This document shows positions 10,289-20,719 of a stretch of DNA of 64,000 nucleotides, one piece after another. Origin of the DNA: a virus; the IMG/VR virus record IMGVR_UViG_3300017605_000154, positions 13,258-77,257 of that record; one strand, 5' to 3'. The stretch's first letter is position 1. Every line of letters starts with the position of its first letter. The translations under genes and the position numbers were made by a program. Below the pieces are notes generated by a model. That model saw only the letters and a program-made list of their open reading frames with translations. It searched no databases and had not been told where the DNA came from.

Positions 10289-11274
10289 TGCCGGCTGGAT
10301 TGTCAGGCGCAGGTTGGATGGGGCTGGCCCTTGAAACTGTAAAGGGTACATTTGTCCCTGCCACAGTGTTCATTCCTATTCTGTCGGAGAGTTTCAAGTA
10401 TACCGAAGATCGGTATTTCTCGCCGCAGATTAGGCAGCAGGTGATGACCTCCGATGTGGCGCAGGGCTTCTATCACATCGAAGGCGACATCGAGATGGAG
10501 GCAGACGTAAATTATCTGCCGTATCTGCTGTACTGCACACGGCACAATATCTCATTCGCTACTGGCGTGTATACGTTCACTCCCTCTTCAGCGGGGGCAA
10601 CTTCGACTGCAGCTTCGGGTGCAGTTGAGAGAACCGCATCGATCACCATTGTCCGCAACGGGATCGGCTTTGGCTATTCGGGCTGCACACTTGGATCACT
10701 AGGCTTCTTCATCGACACTGGTGTTCTCAAGTTCCGCATGACGATGTTTGGCGAGAAGGATAACGTTGTTGCCTCGCCGCCTACTCCAACGTGGCTTGCA
10801 CCTTCTCTGTTCGGTGCTTCAGCACATTCGGTGTACGTGGACACTTCGGGTACTTCACCTGCATTTGCAACGCCCGATGTGAACTTCAACGGATTCGAGT
10901 TTACGGCGAATCACAATCCTAGTGCGGAGAACCGACTCGTCAATAGTCGTGGTGCTACGTACATCATGCGCCATGAAACAGAAATCAACGTCACTACCGA
11001 ACTCGACTTCACGAACAAGACAGAGTACGACCTCTTCGTCGCAACAACGCAGAAGGCGTTCCGACTTGAAAGTCTGAAGGGAGGGGCGACGTTCGCAACT
11101 GCTACGGAAGCTGTGAGCATTGACATCAACAGAGGCGTTTACGAGACTTACGATGTTGGCCTCTCCGGACTCGCAGACCTCATCATGGCCGGTGTCACAA
11201 TTCGTGGCATTGGTATTACTGGTGGTAACGCTTACCGGATTCGCGTTAAGGCACCCAGCGTTACTATCGCGTAG
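10288..11274 (+). CDS. Major tail (tube) protein
   Basis: GLALETVKGT N-terminus, Thr/Gly-rich beta protein, synteny. Confidence 0.85.
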   Translation: MPAGLSGAGWMGLALETVKGTFVPATVFIPILSESFKYTEDRYFSPQIRQQVMTSDVAQGFYHIEGDIEMEADVNYLPYLLYCTRHNISFATGVYTFTPSSAGATSTAASGAVERTASITIVRNGIGFGYSGCTLGSLGFFIDTGVLKFRMTMFGEKDNVVASPPTPTWLAPSLFGASAHSVYVDTSGTSPAFATPDVNFNGFEFTANHNPSAENRLVNSRGATYIMRHETEINVTTELDFTNKTEYDLFVATTQKAFRLESLKGGATFATATEAVSIDINRGVYETYDVGLSGLADLIMAGVTIRGIGITGGNAYRIRVKAPSVTIA

Positions 11275-11302
11275 TCGTAGTATCTACAACAGGAGAAATG
11301 GT

Positions 11303-11746
11303 ATGCCAGTCGCAACACGAAAGATCGAGACAGAGAAGCATGATCTAAAGACGTTGCCAGGAGCATGGGTCGAACTGCGTCAGCTTTCATATGATGAGAT
11401 GCTTGAGCGTCGCGACGGCGCAACGCAGATCCTCATGGAGCGTGGGATTAAGAATACTGATTCGCAGCAGATGAACGTCAAGGTTCTGAACCGCTGGTCG
11501 AATCAGTATTCTTTCCCACGTTGCATCGTTGACCACAACCTAACGGACGAACAGAATATTCCGCTCGACTTCAACAAGCCCGAGCGAGTGTTCCCAATGC
11601 TCGATCCGCGAGTCGGTGCAGAAATCGAAGCACTGATTGATAAGCTCAATCAGGAGGACGACGTCGAAGAGGATTTTACCCCTGCGCCCGACTCCTCATT
11701 GCCGGATGGACCGACCTCGCCCTCGAACGATTCGGAAGCGAACTAG
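11303..11746 (+). CDS. Tail assembly chaperone (G)
   Basis: AGGAG RBS, ATG 11303; lies between tail tube and tape measure. Confidence 0.8.
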   Translation: MPVATRKIETEKHDLKTLPGAWVELRQLSYDEMLERRDGATQILMERGIKNTDSQQMNVKVLNRWSNQYSFPRCIVDHNLTDEQNIPLDFNKPERVFPMLDPRVGAEIEALIDKLNQEDDVEEDFTPAPDSSLPDGPTSPSNDSEAN

Positions 11747-11967
11747 TTCTAGAAGTCCAACGATGGATACGCATTACCCGGCTAGCGGCACATATGCATG
11801 TCTTGCCGCTAGCCGGAGGACTTTTCGACCAGCCTGCAAGTTGGATCGTGCGCATGGAAGCTGTGTTACGCGCAGACTCGGAGCAATCAAGTGGTGCAGC
11901 GCAGGACAACAAAGCAGAAGCAGAGCGTAGGCTAGAGGAGAGAATGCGTGGCGTTCGGCCGCAGTGA
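11671..11967 (+). CDS. Tail assembly chaperone frameshifted extension (G-T, -1 frame)
   Basis: GGATTTT at 11671-11677; -1 frame open to TGA 11967 and encodes LPLAGGLFDQPA; absent from the ORF track. Confidence 0.75.
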   Translation, partial: GFYPCARLLIAGWTDLALERFGSELVLEVQRWIRITRLAAHMHVLPLAGGLFDQPASWIVRMEAVLRADSEQSSGAAQDNKAEAERRLEERMRGVRPQ

Positions 11968-14900
11968 ACTCCGTCTTATCCTAGGCGTTCAAGCCTATGG
12001 TACTAGCAATCTTGCGCGACTGCGTAGAGATATCACATCTCTAGGCCGTACTGTCGATCTTGCGAATGCTAACCAGTCCCGCGTAGCAGCGGAGGCTGTA
12101 AGGTCGATGGAGAAGGGCGAAACTCTCCGCCGTAGTATCGCCGCTAGGGAAGCAAGCATTGCGCGGCGAACTACGGCGGCGCAGGATGCAAGAACTGCAG
12201 GATTGGCAAAAGCGGAGCGAACGCGCGGGAGACTGATAACTCGCGGGCAGCAGCTTGAAGCGCAGGCTGCAGCAAAGCGTATGCAGATTGCCAACACGGA
12301 AGCTGCGATTACAAAGGGCACCACAGGGAGTGCTGCGTTGCGTAATCAAGTCTCTCGCATGGGACTTGAGAACCAGACAATGCGAATTGCTGATCGTCGC
12401 ATCTCGCTCGCAGAAAAGGAACTTGGTCTGCAGCGCAGTATTCGTAACACTCGCGCTAGAACCATCGACCTCGAAAGACAGCTAGGAAAGCTGGGCGCTA
12501 ACGATGCGCAGATTTCACGCTGGCGTCAAGCTAACGCAAACCTCGGAAACATGGGGGCTCGCCTTAGGCCCATTGTTCTCCGGTTGCAGGCTGCAGATAT
12601 CAATGCGGCGAAGCTGCAAAGTGAGCTAGTTGGCCTAGCAGACGAAGCGCGGATTCTCGATGCTGAGACTGCGAAGTTGAATCTGAATGAACAGAAGGTC
12701 TTAGCGACGATCAATGAGCAAGTTGGTGCGATGGGCAGGTTGGACGAACTGCTCAAGGTACAGAATACCCAGCTTGCCGCTATCGAAGCTAGAGAATCTG
12801 CAATCGCTGGGGAGTTACGGCTGATCCAGGCTGAAGAAGGTCGTATTAATGGGCTGCATGCAAGCCGCATAGCCGAGCTACATGTTGAGCGCGAACTACT
12901 TGAGGGCGAGAAGCTCGCCCTCGTAGAGCAAGAAGCCATCCTGCAGAGATTGCTTGGGCAGGAGATGGCTCGCGCTGCAGCGATGGACAAGCAAGCGGTG
13001 GCAGCCGAACGCGCTATGAAGCGCGAGGTTGCAGGTCGCACACTTGCGCACGGTGGTCGTGCCGCACAGTTCACAGGATTGATTGGTACTGCCGTCTTCG
13101 CTGCGACTGCGAATGCCGCTGCAGACATGAGTCGCAAGACCGCTCTAGCAGGAACGCAGATGCGCGATGTCGGCGGAAGCTTCCAGCAGGCCGCAGTTAG
13201 AGGTAGGGAATTGCAGCAAGTCATTCTTCACATGATGGAGAGATTCCCTGCAGATGCGGCCGAGATGTCAGATTCGGCTTACGAGATTTTCTCATCGATG
13301 AACCTCGTCCGTGATGGCGTTGTCGATGTGACAAAGGGCTATCAGCTTATGGCGACTGCGAACAAGGTTGCGGTTGCCGGACAAGTTGATCTAGAGGAAG
13401 CAACGAGCGCGATGATCGTCACGCTCAACAACTTCAATCCTGCTCTGCGCAACGTCCACGGTACGATGAATCAGGTGTTTGCAATCGTCCGCTTCGGACA
13501 GATGCGATTGAGCGACTTTGCGGCAGCGATGGTTCCTCTCGCGCCGGTTGCGAAGACTGCAGGCTTGGGCCTTGAAGATGTCGGCGCTGCACTTGCAAGC
13601 TTGACGATTCTCTTCAAGAGTCCACAGCAGGCCGCTCAGGGTCTTGCTCGCGCTATCGAACTTTTCCAGCTTGCTCCCTTCGAACAGGGCTTCCATAAGC
13701 TAGGCATCGAAGTCTACGATGCAGGCCACAAGATGCGTCCGCTGCACGATATCCTCACGGATATTTCGAAGCGATTCCCGGAAGTGGCAACTGGTCAAAG
13801 GTCGATCATCAACTTGCTTACGAGTGTGTCGAAGGCTAGCGGTCTAACGAAGGCTGGCATCCAGGGCACAGTGCAGGCACGTCGTGCGCTTGGTGGCTTG
13901 CTTACCACCATGCAGCTTTACGACAACATTCTCAAGAATATTCACGGCGATCAGAACGAGTTCAATGATGCCTTCGATGCGATGAAGGATACACCCGGTG
14001 TGCAGTGGGCGATCTTCGTCAATCAGATGAAGGCATTCGCGCTCACTGTGGGGCAGGCAGCATTGCCCGTCATGTTGCGAGTTGGGCAGTGGCTCGTCAA
14101 TGCCGCACATTGGATCGAAGATATGATTAAGCGCACTGATGGTGCCGCCGTAAAGTGGGCAGCATTCGGCTCAGTGCTATTGCTCGTCGGCGGTACTCTC
14201 CTCAACATCGCAGGCAGCTTGATCGCGCTTACTGCAAACCTTCGACTCGCAACAATGTCCTTCGGCGCGATGGGCGGCTCTGCAGCTAAGGCAGGCATCG
14301 CAGTTCGACTACTCGGCGCAGGCTTGTCTGTTTTGGCTGGTATTGGCGTTATCTCAATACCGATCGTAATGCAGCTTGTTAAGGGCGGCGAGCCTGGATT
14401 GTGGGACTTCCTTGGTGCCGCGCTAGCAGGTGCAGCAGGTGGCGCAATGATCGGCTCTGCAATCGCTCCTGGCGTCGGTACAGCAATAGGCGCAGCCGCC
14501 GGTGGAATCGTGTTGCCTATTACGGTCAAGATCATCTCCGAGCTACAGAAGCCGGAAACCAACAAGGTTGCCAAGGATGCACACAAGTTGTTTATGAAGC
14601 AACTGCGTGATGCTGGCAGTCGTCGGGAAGAAGATGCAGTTTCAAGGCGATGGGGCCTAGACCCAAATGGAAATTTCTTCAAGCTGGAGGATTTCGAAAA
14701 GGCTTGGAGAGCATCCCTTAAGAAGTTCAAGGTTCCTACTATCGGTGAAGATGTCGCAGGTCGTCCTGGCGGGCCACGCGGTAAGAACATCAAGAAGTCG
14801 AAGACGCTGCTAGATCAGTACCAGGACTACGTGAAGCAATTCACGAAGGCCCAGCTTGACGCACAAAATACCTACTTGGATTCTTTGAGCGCAGGCGACA

Positions 14901-15985
14901 CCAAGGGTGATCGTGCTGCCTCACTTGCCAAGAAGCATGCGCAGATCGTATCCGACGCATTCAAGCAGATGCAGCAGGAAGTAGAGCAAGACGTTGACAA
15001 GCTCGGTGGTGTCTACGATAAGTTTCTGCAGATGAACCAAGCTGCATTCGGAGAAGTCTTCCAGGGGCCAGTGCTTAGTGGTTTCATGGGGCAAATCTTT
15101 AGCAGCATCAATGATCTACTGATGCAGTTCGGGCAGAGCATCCCGGTGCCTATTCAGATCATCCAGAACGACCTCGATGTGCAGATGAAGAACTTTGCCA
15201 AGTTGCGCGATGGATACGCAGCACTGGTAAAGAAGGGCGTTCCTCCCGAGGTTGTTTCACAGATTCAACAGATGGGTATGGCCGGCTTGCCGTTCATCCA
15301 GGGCTTGCTAAATGCAAGTGGGCCACAGTTCCAGAAGTGGCTTGCAAGCATGAAGAAGAGTCATGGTGACATCGTCAAGGCTACCGAAATTGATTTCGAC
15401 GCACAGCTTGCGCAATGGAAGAAGTATGGCTCGGACATCGCGACCAAGATGATCGACGGACTTTCATCGGACGCTGCTCAGGCAACAATCAAGGGTGGGT
15501 TCGACAAGTACGTTATGCAGGTCTTCGGCAAGACTCTCAGGGACAACATGGCGAAGACGATTGCAACGAACATGCAAGCCGCGATGGAAGAAGCTGCCGC
15601 AGCTAACGCAGCGAAGGATAAAGAGAAGGGCTTGACCAAAGCGCAGATCAAGGCTGCAAGAGAGGCTGCAACGAAGGCACTAGCTGGGGGGCCGAAGGGC
15701 AAGCCACAGCCGACGGTAGTCGACAAGGCTGGTAAGGCTGGCACAACTGCCGCTACACGCCAGTTCCCCGGTAGTGGCGGCATATCGCCTGGGGGCACGA
15801 TGCCGAAGACCTTCGGCGGTTTCGTCTCGACCTTGCCTAGCTCCGCTATTACGCAACCGCACACCGTTGTCAACAATCAAGGTGACTCTATCGTCATCCA
15901 TGCTGATGGCGTTCACCCGAATAATCTTACGAGGGCAATGAATAAGAGTGCCTTCAAGAATCGCAACAAAAGACGTGGTCGCTGA
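11948..15985 (+). CDS. Tape measure protein (TP901-like core)
   Basis: 1345 aa, helical, Ala-rich; LGIEVYDAGHKMRPLHDILTDI core; hydrophobic segments. Confidence 0.93.
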   Translation: MAFGRSELRLILGVQAYGTSNLARLRRDITSLGRTVDLANANQSRVAAEAVRSMEKGETLRRSIAAREASIARRTTAAQDARTAGLAKAERTRGRLITRGQQLEAQAAAKRMQIANTEAAITKGTTGSAALRNQVSRMGLENQTMRIADRRISLAEKELGLQRSIRNTRARTIDLERQLGKLGANDAQISRWRQANANLGNMGARLRPIVLRLQAADINAAKLQSELVGLADEARILDAETAKLNLNEQKVLATINEQVGAMGRLDELLKVQNTQLAAIEARESAIAGELRLIQAEEGRINGLHASRIAELHVERELLEGEKLALVEQEAILQRLLGQEMARAAAMDKQAVAAERAMKREVAGRTLAHGGRAAQFTGLIGTAVFAATANAAADMSRKTALAGTQMRDVGGSFQQAAVRGRELQQVILHMMERFPADAAEMSDSAYEIFSSMNLVRDGVVDVTKGYQLMATANKVAVAGQVDLEEATSAMIVTLNNFNPALRNVHGTMNQVFAIVRFGQMRLSDFAAAMVPLAPVAKTAGLGLEDVGAALASLTILFKSPQQAAQGLARAIELFQLAPFEQGFHKLGIEVYDAGHKMRPLHDILTDISKRFPEVATGQRSIINLLTSVSKASGLTKAGIQGTVQARRALGGLLTTMQLYDNILKNIHGDQNEFNDAFDAMKDTPGVQWAIFVNQMKAFALTVGQAALPVMLRVGQWLVNAAHWIEDMIKRTDGAAVKWAAFGSVLLLVGGTLLNIAGSLIALTANLRLATMSFGAMGGSAAKAGIAVRLLGAGLSVLAGIGVISIPIVMQLVKGGEPGLWDFLGAALAGAAGGAMIGSAIAPGVGTAIGAAAGGIVLPITVKIISELQKPETNKVAKDAHKLFMKQLRDAGSRREEDAVSRRWGLDPNGNFFKLEDFEKAWRASLKKFKVPTIGEDVAGRPGGPRGKNIKKSKTLLDQYQDYVKQFTKAQLDAQNTYLDSLSAGDTKGDRAASLAKKHAQIVSDAFKQMQQEVEQDVDKLGGVYDKFLQMNQAAFGEVFQGPVLSGFMGQIFSSINDLLMQFGQSIPVPIQIIQNDLDVQMKNFAKLRDGYAALVKKGVPPEVVSQIQQMGMAGLPFIQGLLNASGPQFQKWLASMKKSHGDIVKATEIDFDAQLAQWKKYGSDIATKMIDGLSSDAAQATIKGGFDKYVMQVFGKTLRDNMAKTIATNMQAAMEEAAAANAAKDKEKGLTKAQIKAAREAATKALAGGPKGKPQPTVVDKAGKAGTTAATRQFPGSGGISPGGTMPKTFGGFVSTLPSSAITQPHTVVNNQGDSIVIHADGVHPNNLTRAMNKSAFKNRNKRRGR

Positions 15986-16467
15986 TGTTTTCACTCATTC
16001 GCTTTCGTAACCCTGTCAACACTGGTCAGACGTTGACAGTTAACGAGCTAACGTCCGAGCCTGTCTATCCTGTGGAGAAGTTCACTTGGGATTACGAGTT
16101 GTCGGGCGACGAGATTGCAAAGTTCGAAGCTCCGGGTCAATGGGATAATCTCAAGGTCGTGCGCAAGATGACCCTCGACTGTGAGGGCCACATCGTTTGC
16201 CGCACGACTCCGCTGTACTGGACAGCACGAAAGAATCTGTGCAACCTAGTACTTCCACCTGCAACTATCCCTGTCGAGCGAAAGCACATTCGGATCGAAA
16301 TGCAGCTTGATGGTGATAGCGCCACTTACTATGGCGACTTCGTACTAGATGATTACTCGATCCCCCTGGAAGCGAACTACCCCACAGTCACGCCGTTTAT
16401 GTTCCAGTGGTCGTGTAACTTTGGCTATTGGCGCAATATCGCGACTAACGCAGCAGTGAGGCTATGA
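15985..16467 (+). CDS. Distal tail protein (Dit-like)
   Basis: Directly after the tape measure; beta-rich, 160 aa. Confidence 0.65.
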   Translation: MFSLIRFRNPVNTGQTLTVNELTSEPVYPVEKFTWDYELSGDEIAKFEAPGQWDNLKVVRKMTLDCEGHIVCRTTPLYWTARKNLCNLVLPPATIPVERKHIRIEMQLDGDSATYYGDFVLDDYSIPLEANYPTVTPFMFQWSCNFGYWRNIATNAAVRL

Positions 16468-17669
16468 GGGCTTATATCCGTGTCCAGCATGTCGATCCAG
16501 GCGAGGGAGTGGTTGGAACATTCAATCCACTTGAGCCGCGCTTCGCGTATCGCATCAATGACATCGGCGATATTACCTACAACGTAGCTCTCTCCAATCC
16601 TCAAGTTACTCGCGATGCGTTCGCACCTAAGCGGACGGACTTCCGCCTGCAGGTTTCAAACGATGGCGCTTACTGGCGCAACATCATGGGCGGCTTCCAT
16701 TGGCCTGTTGGATTCAGTAACGAGGAAGGTACTGTAAAGATTCAAGGCATGGATTGGCTGGCATACCTCGACCAGCCCTACTGGTTCGATGCCTACCTGA
16801 TCGACGCCCAAGACCTCGTCGGACCAAAGAATCGCATGAAGCAAATTCTTGAGGATGCTAGCTCTTGGGCGCATGTTTGGATTGGTGCTGCAGGAGTCGA
16901 TCAGCCGGGAGTTTCATACGGCGCTACACAGCAAACGATTGTGCAAGACATGATCGATGCGGTTGCAGATGGTAACGATGGGACGCTCAACATCGGTACT
17001 AACTTCGTTGGCCCGAACTGGTCAGAGGTTCTCAACTACCAGATCATGTTCCAGGATAGCACTACGATCCTCGACCACATTCGCTCTATCTCCGCGCTGG
17101 ATGATCCTCTCGGTTTCGATTTCTTTATGAATTGGGACAAGACGATTGTCTTCTACAACACTACACGCTCCGGCCCAATTGACAGTATCACTACGTTGTA
17201 CAGCATCACCCGCAAGACGCCAGGACTACTCAATGTTGAATGGCAGAACAATGGGCCGGATGCAACATGGTCGGTTATGATTGGTGAAGGTAGTCCGGGA
17301 TGGTGGGCGCATAAGACGTTTGCGCCCTCGGTTGACACATACCGGCGCTGGTTGAAGATCAACAAGCTCGGCGCGAACTACCGCATGCCGAAGGCTATCA
17401 ACTCTGCAGCCAGGGGTAACCTCGACCGCTTCCCTAAGAAAGACCTCAAGATTTCTGTATACGCCGAACAATTCGATCCTGTAGATGCGACCGCTCTGTT
17501 TGCTCCGTTGCTAGGTGAGGCGCTTTACGTCGACTTGGACTTCCCGCCGTATCACAGGATCAATGCAAACTTCTGGATCGTCGGGCAGGAGTTTCACACT
17601 GACGATGAAGGCAACTGGATTTGCGACTTTAGCCTGCAGCAGATTTACGATCCGTCGGGAGTGGGCTAA
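16464..17669 (+). CDS. Minor tail/baseplate hub protein
   Basis: Synteny; GFDFFM..DKTIVFY hub-like pattern. Confidence 0.65.
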   Translation: MRAYIRVQHVDPGEGVVGTFNPLEPRFAYRINDIGDITYNVALSNPQVTRDAFAPKRTDFRLQVSNDGAYWRNIMGGFHWPVGFSNEEGTVKIQGMDWLAYLDQPYWFDAYLIDAQDLVGPKNRMKQILEDASSWAHVWIGAAGVDQPGVSYGATQQTIVQDMIDAVADGNDGTLNIGTNFVGPNWSEVLNYQIMFQDSTTILDHIRSISALDDPLGFDFFMNWDKTIVFYNTTRSGPIDSITTLYSITRKTPGLLNVEWQNNGPDATWSVMIGEGSPGWWAHKTFAPSVDTYRRWLKINKLGANYRMPKAINSAARGNLDRFPKKDLKISVYAEQFDPVDATALFAPLLGEALYVDLDFPPYHRINANFWIVGQEFHTDDEGNWICDFSLQQIYDPSGVG

Positions 17670-18286
17670 TGGCTCCCCGTCAGCAGACTTTCGATTCCGA
17701 CACCATCGGAAACATCTATACAAGAATTGCTGACCTAGAAGATCGTGTGCGCCTGCTAGTGCGCACTCCTTCGCATGTGGAGCGAATCAATCCCGTCTAC
17801 CTTCCTGACCCGGTCGAAGGTCAGATCGCGATTGACGCTCGCACGAACTGCCTCATCTACTACGCGAACGAGGCATGGCGCGAGAAGTGCAGTGCCGTGC
17901 ATGCGATCAAGGTGTATGGTGATAAGACAACCAACAAGGTTCTCGATGGCGCATTCAAGTTTCCAATCGAAGAAGACCTAGCTGACACCGTTATTGAACA
18001 AGTGCAAGTCTTCAACGGCACGGCTGGCACGGGTGCAACGTCGATCCAAGTTCGCAACGTTACTCGCGCTATCAACATTCTTGATACTGTCGTTTCAGTT
18101 CCGTCGGGCGCATTCATCTCTACAGTGCAGGCAGATATCAATGACGCCGGTGATCCGGACAACCCTAACAACATGGTGAATAACGGCGACATGATCTGGA
18201 TTAACTGCACTGCGATCGGTACCGGATCGAAGGGGCTCGGTTGCTACATCACGTTCCACGGCCCGAAAGTTGACGTGACTCCGTAA
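17669..18286 (+). CDS. Minor tail protein
   Basis: N-terminal coiled coil IADLEDRV; C-terminal GDMIWINCTAIGTGSKGL. Confidence 0.6.
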   Translation: MAPRQQTFDSDTIGNIYTRIADLEDRVRLLVRTPSHVERINPVYLPDPVEGQIAIDARTNCLIYYANEAWREKCSAVHAIKVYGDKTTNKVLDGAFKFPIEEDLADTVIEQVQVFNGTAGTGATSIQVRNVTRAINILDTVVSVPSGAFISTVQADINDAGDPDNPNNMVNNGDMIWINCTAIGTGSKGLGCYITFHGPKVDVTP

Positions 18287-19596
18287 TGCCTGCTAAGGCT
18301 GGAAAGTTTGTGTTGCGAGCCGGCGATATGGCTGTCTTCTCATCCGCTGGTACCAACAGTGGTTTCCAAGTTAATGGAATTGGCTTCAAGCCTGAGATTG
18401 TTATTATCATGTCTGTTGGTCTAACCGCAGAAGACGTGTGGAGCACTACTCCAAACATCTGGGGCAACATGGGTATTTGGAGTAATGACGCTGATGGCAC
18501 GATTGAGGGCAACACGGGACTGAATGAGTTCTGGGGAACAGACGGTAGACCATCGAGCTTCTGGTCGAATAGCGGTGTAGTGTGGTTCAAGTCTAGTCAT
18601 AGTGGCGGCGGTTCCGCTATCTACATTGCAAACACTCACGACGACGGTTTCTACATCGGCTATCCAGCGGGCGGCTACGAAGGGGGCTTCGGTATCGTAT
18701 GTTACTACCTCGCGCTAAAGTCGGAAGAGGGTCAAGCTGCGCAGGTGTATGGGTATCCAGGTTCAGCTAGTGCGACAACCGTTGGATTCCAGCCAGCCGT
18801 GTACATGGCGCTAGGCAGCGGTGGTTTGTCTGGCGGTGCAGGAGATATTGGCTTCCTCGACTTCTCCGTACCCTCATGGGGATTCGGAGGTTTCGAGAAC
18901 CAAGCCGACCTATCGCGAAACGCCCCCGAGTGGATGGCTAACGGTCTTGCACACACCGAGACTGTTGAGCAGATTCGTTACTTTCTCGACGGCAATGGCG
19001 ATCAGTGGGTATTCGATGGTTATACCGCTTCTCAGATTGTTGGCAACAGTGCATTCATCTACGGTCGAACTGCCACCGAGTTCACCATCGGAATCACAGA
19101 TGGATTTCCTGCCGGAATCAATGAGCGCGTAGCAGTACACATGCTTGGCGACGGCCTCTATGCTGGTAACCAAGTAACTCCTAATCCAGTAGGCGTACCG
19201 CTAGATGTCGATGTCGGCTTTTCGCCTGAAGCCGTCATCTTCCTCGGCCCACAAACCAATCACGGGAACTTCTTCGGCATTCCGTGGGGTGGGCGATGCT
19301 TCGGTTTCCTGACCGAAGATTTTCAATGTTGCATTGCATGGGGAGCGCAGCAGCGAGCTTCAGACAATGACCCCTTCGGTCGCGTGGCTAGCTTCTGCAC
19401 TTCGGACTTCTCGTGGATTTCGAATTTTACGAGTGACGAAGTTGCCGACCCAACGAATCCGAATTACGGCAACGCAGAGCTTGCCGGTGCTGGATTCACA
19501 ATGCACTCGCTAGCACTTCCAAAATCCAACCAGTACATACGCTATGCGGCGTATGGCTTTGTGGAGGAATCCCCAGGGTTCTTTAGGATTATCTAA
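18286..19596 (+). CDS. Tail tip/receptor-binding protein
   Basis: Gly/aromatic-rich; three GFxP(E/A) repeats (GFKPE, GFQPA, GFSPE). Confidence 0.6.
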   Translation: MPAKAGKFVLRAGDMAVFSSAGTNSGFQVNGIGFKPEIVIIMSVGLTAEDVWSTTPNIWGNMGIWSNDADGTIEGNTGLNEFWGTDGRPSSFWSNSGVVWFKSSHSGGGSAIYIANTHDDGFYIGYPAGGYEGGFGIVCYYLALKSEEGQAAQVYGYPGSASATTVGFQPAVYMALGSGGLSGGAGDIGFLDFSVPSWGFGGFENQADLSRNAPEWMANGLAHTETVEQIRYFLDGNGDQWVFDGYTASQIVGNSAFIYGRTATEFTIGITDGFPAGINERVAVHMLGDGLYAGNQVTPNPVGVPLDVDVGFSPEAVIFLGPQTNHGNFFGIPWGGRCFGFLTEDFQCCIAWGAQQRASDNDPFGRVASFCTSDFSWISNFTSDEVADPTNPNYGNAELAGAGFTMHSLALPKSNQYIRYAAYGFVEESPGFFRII

Positions 19597-19925
19597 TGTC
19601 GTCAGACGCCGGAAACGGAAACACCCTAACATATCGTATCGCGCAAGTTGAGCGTGAAGTGGAGAAATTGGAAGACCGCTGGGATACTAGCTTTACCGAC
19701 TTGCGCTCGCAGATTGTTTTACTGACGCGCGAGGTAGCCGTCTTCCATGCAGAGTTCAACGCGCACGTTAAGACCTCGGAAGATCGACTCGACCAACTAG
19801 AGGGGTCTGTTAACGACGACGTGAAAGGCTTGAGAAAGCTACTGCTTTCCACAGGTGCGGCCGTGCTACTCGCAGCGATCACTTTTGCAATCTCGGCCTT
19901 TAAGGTATTCGGTGGCCCCGGATAG
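19596..19925 (+). CDS. Coiled-coil protein with C-terminal transmembrane helix (lysis cassette)
   Basis: Heptad region followed by LLLSTGAAVLLAAITFAISAF. Confidence 0.6.
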   Translation: MSSDAGNGNTLTYRIAQVEREVEKLEDRWDTSFTDLRSQIVLLTREVAVFHAEFNAHVKTSEDRLDQLEGSVNDDVKGLRKLLLSTGAAVLLAAITFAISAFKVFGGPG

Positions 19926-20280
19926 TAACACACCTACGAACGGCAATTCTAACAGTTCTAGCAGTGCGAGCAGAACTAATACAAAGTGGATGATCTATTC
20001 CGCTCTGTTGATTTGGGCTGCAAGCTTTATTCTAATCGCAGGGATAGGCACTTACTCTGTCTATCGCGGTCAACAAGTCAACAGAGAACTGTGTCATGTA
20101 ACAGATGATAACCGCAGTATCTTGCTACAAATTCTCGATGTGGCCGAAGGGCAAAGCCTCGGCAGAGCTACTGACGTAACGGAAAGGAATCTTATACGGC
20201 AGAGCTATAACGAACTGCGCGCATTGATCCCACCTTTGAAATGTACGACAAGAGGGGGGCCGCAAGAATTAGAACCCTAG
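19912..20280 (+). CDS. Membrane protein
   Basis: Transmembrane segment WMIYSALLIWAASFILIAGIG; start uncertain. Confidence 0.5.
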   Translation: MAPDSNTPTNGNSNSSSSASRTNTKWMIYSALLIWAASFILIAGIGTYSVYRGQQVNRELCHVTDDNRSILLQILDVAEGQSLGRATDVTERNLIRQSYNELRALIPPLKCTTRGGPQELEP

Positions 20281-20711
20281 CCGTCATATTCCTTGCTGTC
20301 CTGCTAATCTCGCCTGCCGAAGCTGTACGAGAGATTAGCCCAGGTGTATCGCATATTCGAGTGACCTCGCAAGTCATCAAGCGTGACAAGAGAGGCCGCA
20401 TTAGAATCAGCGCGTCAGCGATTTACAACAAGCACATCTCACCCTACGCGATTGGTAATAGCCTCACGCGCTGTACTCAAGCCGGCCCTAGGAGAACGCT
20501 ACCTAGACATACGCAACTCTGCACTACATGGTTTAGATTTCCTCTAGGGCAGGTTATTGCGTCTGGGATAGTAACGTCGGAAATTTACTACAAGATGGCC
20601 GTTGTAGGTGGAACCGGAGTGTACTCTAACGTTGGAGGCGAAGTCAGAGTTATTGCTACCAAGCTCGTTCCACGCAAAGAGAACCTCGTATTCACTCTAA
20701 GGTCGTTCTAG
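20241..20711 (+). CDS. Secreted allene-oxide-cyclase/dirigent-like beta-barrel protein
   Basis: Signal peptide; C...F.FPLGQV.ASG...AVVGGTGVYSNVGGEV motif. Confidence 0.6.
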   Translation: MYDKRGAARIRTLAVIFLAVLLISPAEAVREISPGVSHIRVTSQVIKRDKRGRIRISASAIYNKHISPYAIGNSLTRCTQAGPRRTLPRHTQLCTTWFRFPLGQVIASGIVTSEIYYKMAVVGGTGVYSNVGGEVRVIATKLVPRKENLVFTLRSF

Positions 20712-20719
20712 GAGGCACT

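Noticed and set aside
11637-11930. ORF-track 97-aa protein
   Set aside because: Wrong frame; the -1 frame carries the conserved chaperone motif
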